NCBI GenBank assembly: GCA_965218425.1
Contig: OZ244621.1
Coordinates: 480,001-544,000 of the forward strand
Length of the DNA: 64,000 nucleotides
DNA from: an uncultured Candidatus Binatia bacterium
GTDB taxonomy: Bacteria > Desulfobacterota > Binatia > UBA9968 > CAXXLF01
Direction: 5' to 3'
Part shown: in pieces, positions 61,495 to 64,000 of the stretch
Position numbering within the stretch: the first letter of the stretch is position 1
How the letters are laid out: the number at the start of each line of letters is the position of its first letter
Notes under the pieces: model-generated
What the model saw: the letters and a program-made list of their open reading frames with translations, nothing else
Databases searched by the model: none
What the model was told of the DNA's origin: nothing
Made by a program: the position numbers and the translations under genes

Positions 61495-63174
61495 CTATGA
61501 AGACCAACCACTTGGATGTTTTTGGTTAGTTAATCTCCTAGTAATAGCAGAGGCGGCTCGGACGATGACATGCCGCTCTGGACTTCGCGATATATAACTT
61601 AGCGCAACGTACAAAATAACCCCTCCTACCAACGTAAATAAGAACAGTGCGCTCGGGGTAATCGGCGATCCTTCCAATCCCACCCAGTCAATTCTACGAA
61701 CAATCAAAGAAAGCGGAAGGGCCATGAGCAGAGCGTTAAAGAGGCTCCGGAGGAATGAAATTGAAAACTCCTTCCAGGGGAATCCACCTATCCGACCTTG
61801 CAAGATGAGAAGCAAGACCAAGAACTGACAGGTTGATGATATAGAATTGGCCAGGGCCAGGCCCCCATGGGAAAGAGAAAATATCCCCAAAGTTTGCGAT
61901 ATCCCTGCGATGGCACCGCCAAACCCACCGGCATCCCAACCTGCGGAAACCGGACCCATCAAGATCAGGCTCAACAAGAAATTCAGCGCGAAGGTAAACA
62001 ATGCAACCGTGACCGGCGTCTTGGTATCTTCCAGGGCGTAAAAAGCGGGCACCACGATTTTCGTGCCGGAAATTCCCCATAACCCAAGGGAAAACAATAC
62101 CAGGGCCTGGGCTGCTAACATTGTTGTATGGGCGTCAAACGCCCCACGTTGAAATAACAGCGCAAAGACCGGAACCGACAAGACCATGAGACCTAAAGTC
62201 GCCGGAAGAGTAATAAAATTTACCAGTCGAAGAGAATAGGAAAGTCCATCCTTCAGCGCCGTGAAATCTTTCCTGGCCGCCAAAGAGGAAAAACTGGGCA
62301 AGGCCGCAGTTCCCATGGCGATGGCGAAAATTCCGAGTGGGAACTGGAGCAATCGATCCGCATAGTAGAGGCTAGAAACGCTTCCTTCGGCAAGCATGGA
62401 AGCCAGGACCGTACTCACCAGGACGTTGACCTGGTAGACCGCCGCCCCAAGCACGGCCGGTCCCATGAGGAGAACAAGGCGTCTTAGAGCCGTATGTTTA
62501 AAGCGAAAACACGGCACAAAGGACAGGCCGTAACGGGAAAGAAAAGGAATCTGTAAGGACAGCTGGATTATGCCACCCAGCAACACGCCGTAGCCCAGAC
62601 TGACCACCGGTTCAGATAGCATGGGTGTGACCATGAGGGCGCAGACGATGATGGAGACGTTAAGCAGAACCGGGGACAACGCAGGGGCCATAAAATGACG
62701 AAACGAGTTTAAAAACCCCATGGCCAGGGCCACCAGGCTGACGAAAAAAACGTAAGGGAACATCAATCGAGTCAAGAAAACCGCAAGGTCGAACTTTTCC
62801 GCATTGGCAAAAAACCCAGGGGCGAAGAGATAGGTCAAGGGAGATGCGAATAAGATCCCAAGAACTGTGAGCACCCCCAGGACCAGGGCGGCGAAGGTGA
62901 AGACCAACCGGGCAACCTCCAGGGCCTCCTCTTTGGTGCGGTTGGTCAAATAGTCCGTAAATACAGGGACAAAACCCACGGAAAACGCGCCCTCGGCGGT
63001 CAAACGGCGCAGGAGATTGGGAATCCGAAAGGCAACAAAAAAGGCATCGGCAGGCCCCCGGGCGCCAAACAGGTAACCAATGACGATGTCACGCAAAAGC
63101 CCGAAAACTCGGCTAAGGAGTGTAAAAAAGCCAACCACTCCTGCCGCCCGGGTAATTTTGCCCACCTCATCCAT
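61495..63174 (-). CDS. murJ: Lipid II flippase MurJ (MviN)
   Basis: SRVFGLLRD, DAFFVAFRIPNLLRRL.AEG, LYYADRLLQFPLG, AFYALEDTKTP. Confidence 0.96.
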   Translation of the reverse strand: MDEVGKITRAAGVVGFFTLLSRVFGLLRDIVIGYLFGARGPADAFFVAFRIPNLLRRLTAEGAFSVGFVPVFTDYLTNRTKEEALEVARLVFTFAALVLGVLTVLGILFASPLTYLFAPGFFANAEKFDLAVFLTRLMFPYVFFVSLVALAMGFLNSFRHFMAPALSPVLLNVSIIVCALMVTPMLSEPVVSLGYGVLLGGIIQLSLQIPFLSRYGLSFVPCFRFKHTALRRLVLLMGPAVLGAAVYQVNVLVSTVLASMLAEGSVSSLYYADRLLQFPLGIFAIAMGTAALPSFSSLAARKDFTALKDGLSYSLRLVNFITLPATLGLMVLSVPVFALLFQRGAFDAHTTMLAAQALVLFSLGLWGISGTKIVVPAFYALEDTKTPVTVALFTFALNFLLSLILMGPVSAGWDAGGFGGAIAGISQTLGIFSLSHGGLALANSISSTCQFLVLLLILQGRIGGFPWKEFSISFLRSLFNALLMALPLSLIVRRIDWVGLEGSPITPSALFLFTLVGGVILYVALSYISRSPERHVIVRAASAITRRLTNQKHPSGWSS

Positions 63175-63227
63175 TGCGTTGACTCCTCAACCAGTTAGTG
63201 CTAGGTTTGTGGCTTAGGAGGGATACC

Positions 63228-63500
63228 TTGGCCGTACACAAATCCGTTATCAAACGCCACCGCCAGAGCTTAAAGCGAAGGGCAAGAAATCAGGAAATCA
63301 AATCCAGGGTAAAGACCCTGATCAAGAAGGTCCGACTATCCATCGATAAAAAGGATCACGCCACTGCCGCGACCCAATTAAGGGATGTCAACAAGATCCT
63401 CGATAGCGCCGTGAACAAAGGAGTTCTCAAGCACAACACCGCATCCCGCAGGATGTCTCGATTGGCCCGCGCCGTTCATGTGGTGTCCAAGGCCAACTAA
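63228..63500 (+). CDS. rpsT: 30S ribosomal protein S20
   Basis: TTG start after AGGAGG; HKSVIKR.RQS.KRRARN...KGVLKHNTASRRMSRL. Confidence 0.95.
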   Translation: MAVHKSVIKRHRQSLKRRARNQEIKSRVKTLIKKVRLSIDKKDHATAATQLRDVNKILDSAVNKGVLKHNTASRRMSRLARAVHVVSKAN

Positions 63501-63576
63501 CGATCCGCCGAGTGAGCCTCGTCCCAACCCATACCCAATCGTAGGCCCAACCATAGTGCTTATCCATGGGCCCTAA

Positions 63577-64000
63577 TTAAAACATCTCAATGATTTTCTG
63601 ATGCATCTTACGCGCAAACCGGTTGACTAAATCGGCTCTGGTTTCCCGACTCATGGTCTCTGTAAGCTGGACGTCCGTGAACAAAGGGATATCTGTTGCG
63701 TTCAATGTTCGCCTTTGAAAAGCGGACGAAGTGGTCACAACGGCCCCCCTGGCGCCCACGAAGGTTTCTTTAATGCGGCTACCCTCGGTACGCCACAGGA
63801 GCTCATTGGGAGAACGGCGCCGGAGGGTCATGTCCACCTCCAAAACGGCCTCATATTGCAGCACCTCGTCACTGGCGTTTACCGAGACAACGTTGGTGTC
63901 CAGGGAACGGACCACCCCGCTGAGTACGGCATCCGCCTGATCCAGTTGACTCGCGGGTCGAACCATACCCTTGCGTCGAAACTCACTTTTCAAGGCCAGG
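63577..64000 (-). CDS. lptE: LPS assembly lipoprotein LptE-like (5' end outside the window)
   Basis: ADAVLSGVV...VLQYE..LEVDMTL...LLWR pattern and position next to rpsT/murJ. Confidence 0.65.
   Translation of the reverse strand, partial: LALKSEFRRKGMVRPASQLDQADAVLSGVVRSLDTNVVSVNASDEVLQYEAVLEVDMTLRRRSPNELLWRTEGSRIKETFVGARGAVVTTSSAFQRRTLNATDIPLFTDVQLTETMSRETRADLVNRFARKMHQKIIEMF

Overview
Bacterial chromosomal window of moderate GC. The gene mix (orphan TctC/TAXI binding proteins, many aromatic-catabolism enzymes) resembles Candidatus Binatia or other deltaproteobacterial-like genomes; this is inference only. It holds a patchwork of aromatic/heterocycle catabolic genes (1-12.4 kb, 54.9-60.2 kb) and a PhnCDE-like putative selenium-oxyanion ABC operon with a LysR regulator. 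It also has housekeeping genes (ygfZ-like, gap, Lon-type protease, mltA, mutY, murJ, rpsT, lptE, tRNA-Leu), a sugar-oxidation-like operon (43.7-52.2 kb) and many gene remnants. The main signal, missed by the ORF track, is three genes with in-frame TGA exactly at conserved Cys positions, each followed by a SECIS-like hairpin. These are a peroxiredoxin (TGGU), a decayed UxxC glutaredoxin-like gene, and a MerT-like mercury transporter whose Cys-Cys pair is encoded by tandem TGA-TGA (predicted Sec-Sec), in a run with merF and arsC. All family assignments are from motif recognition, not database searches.
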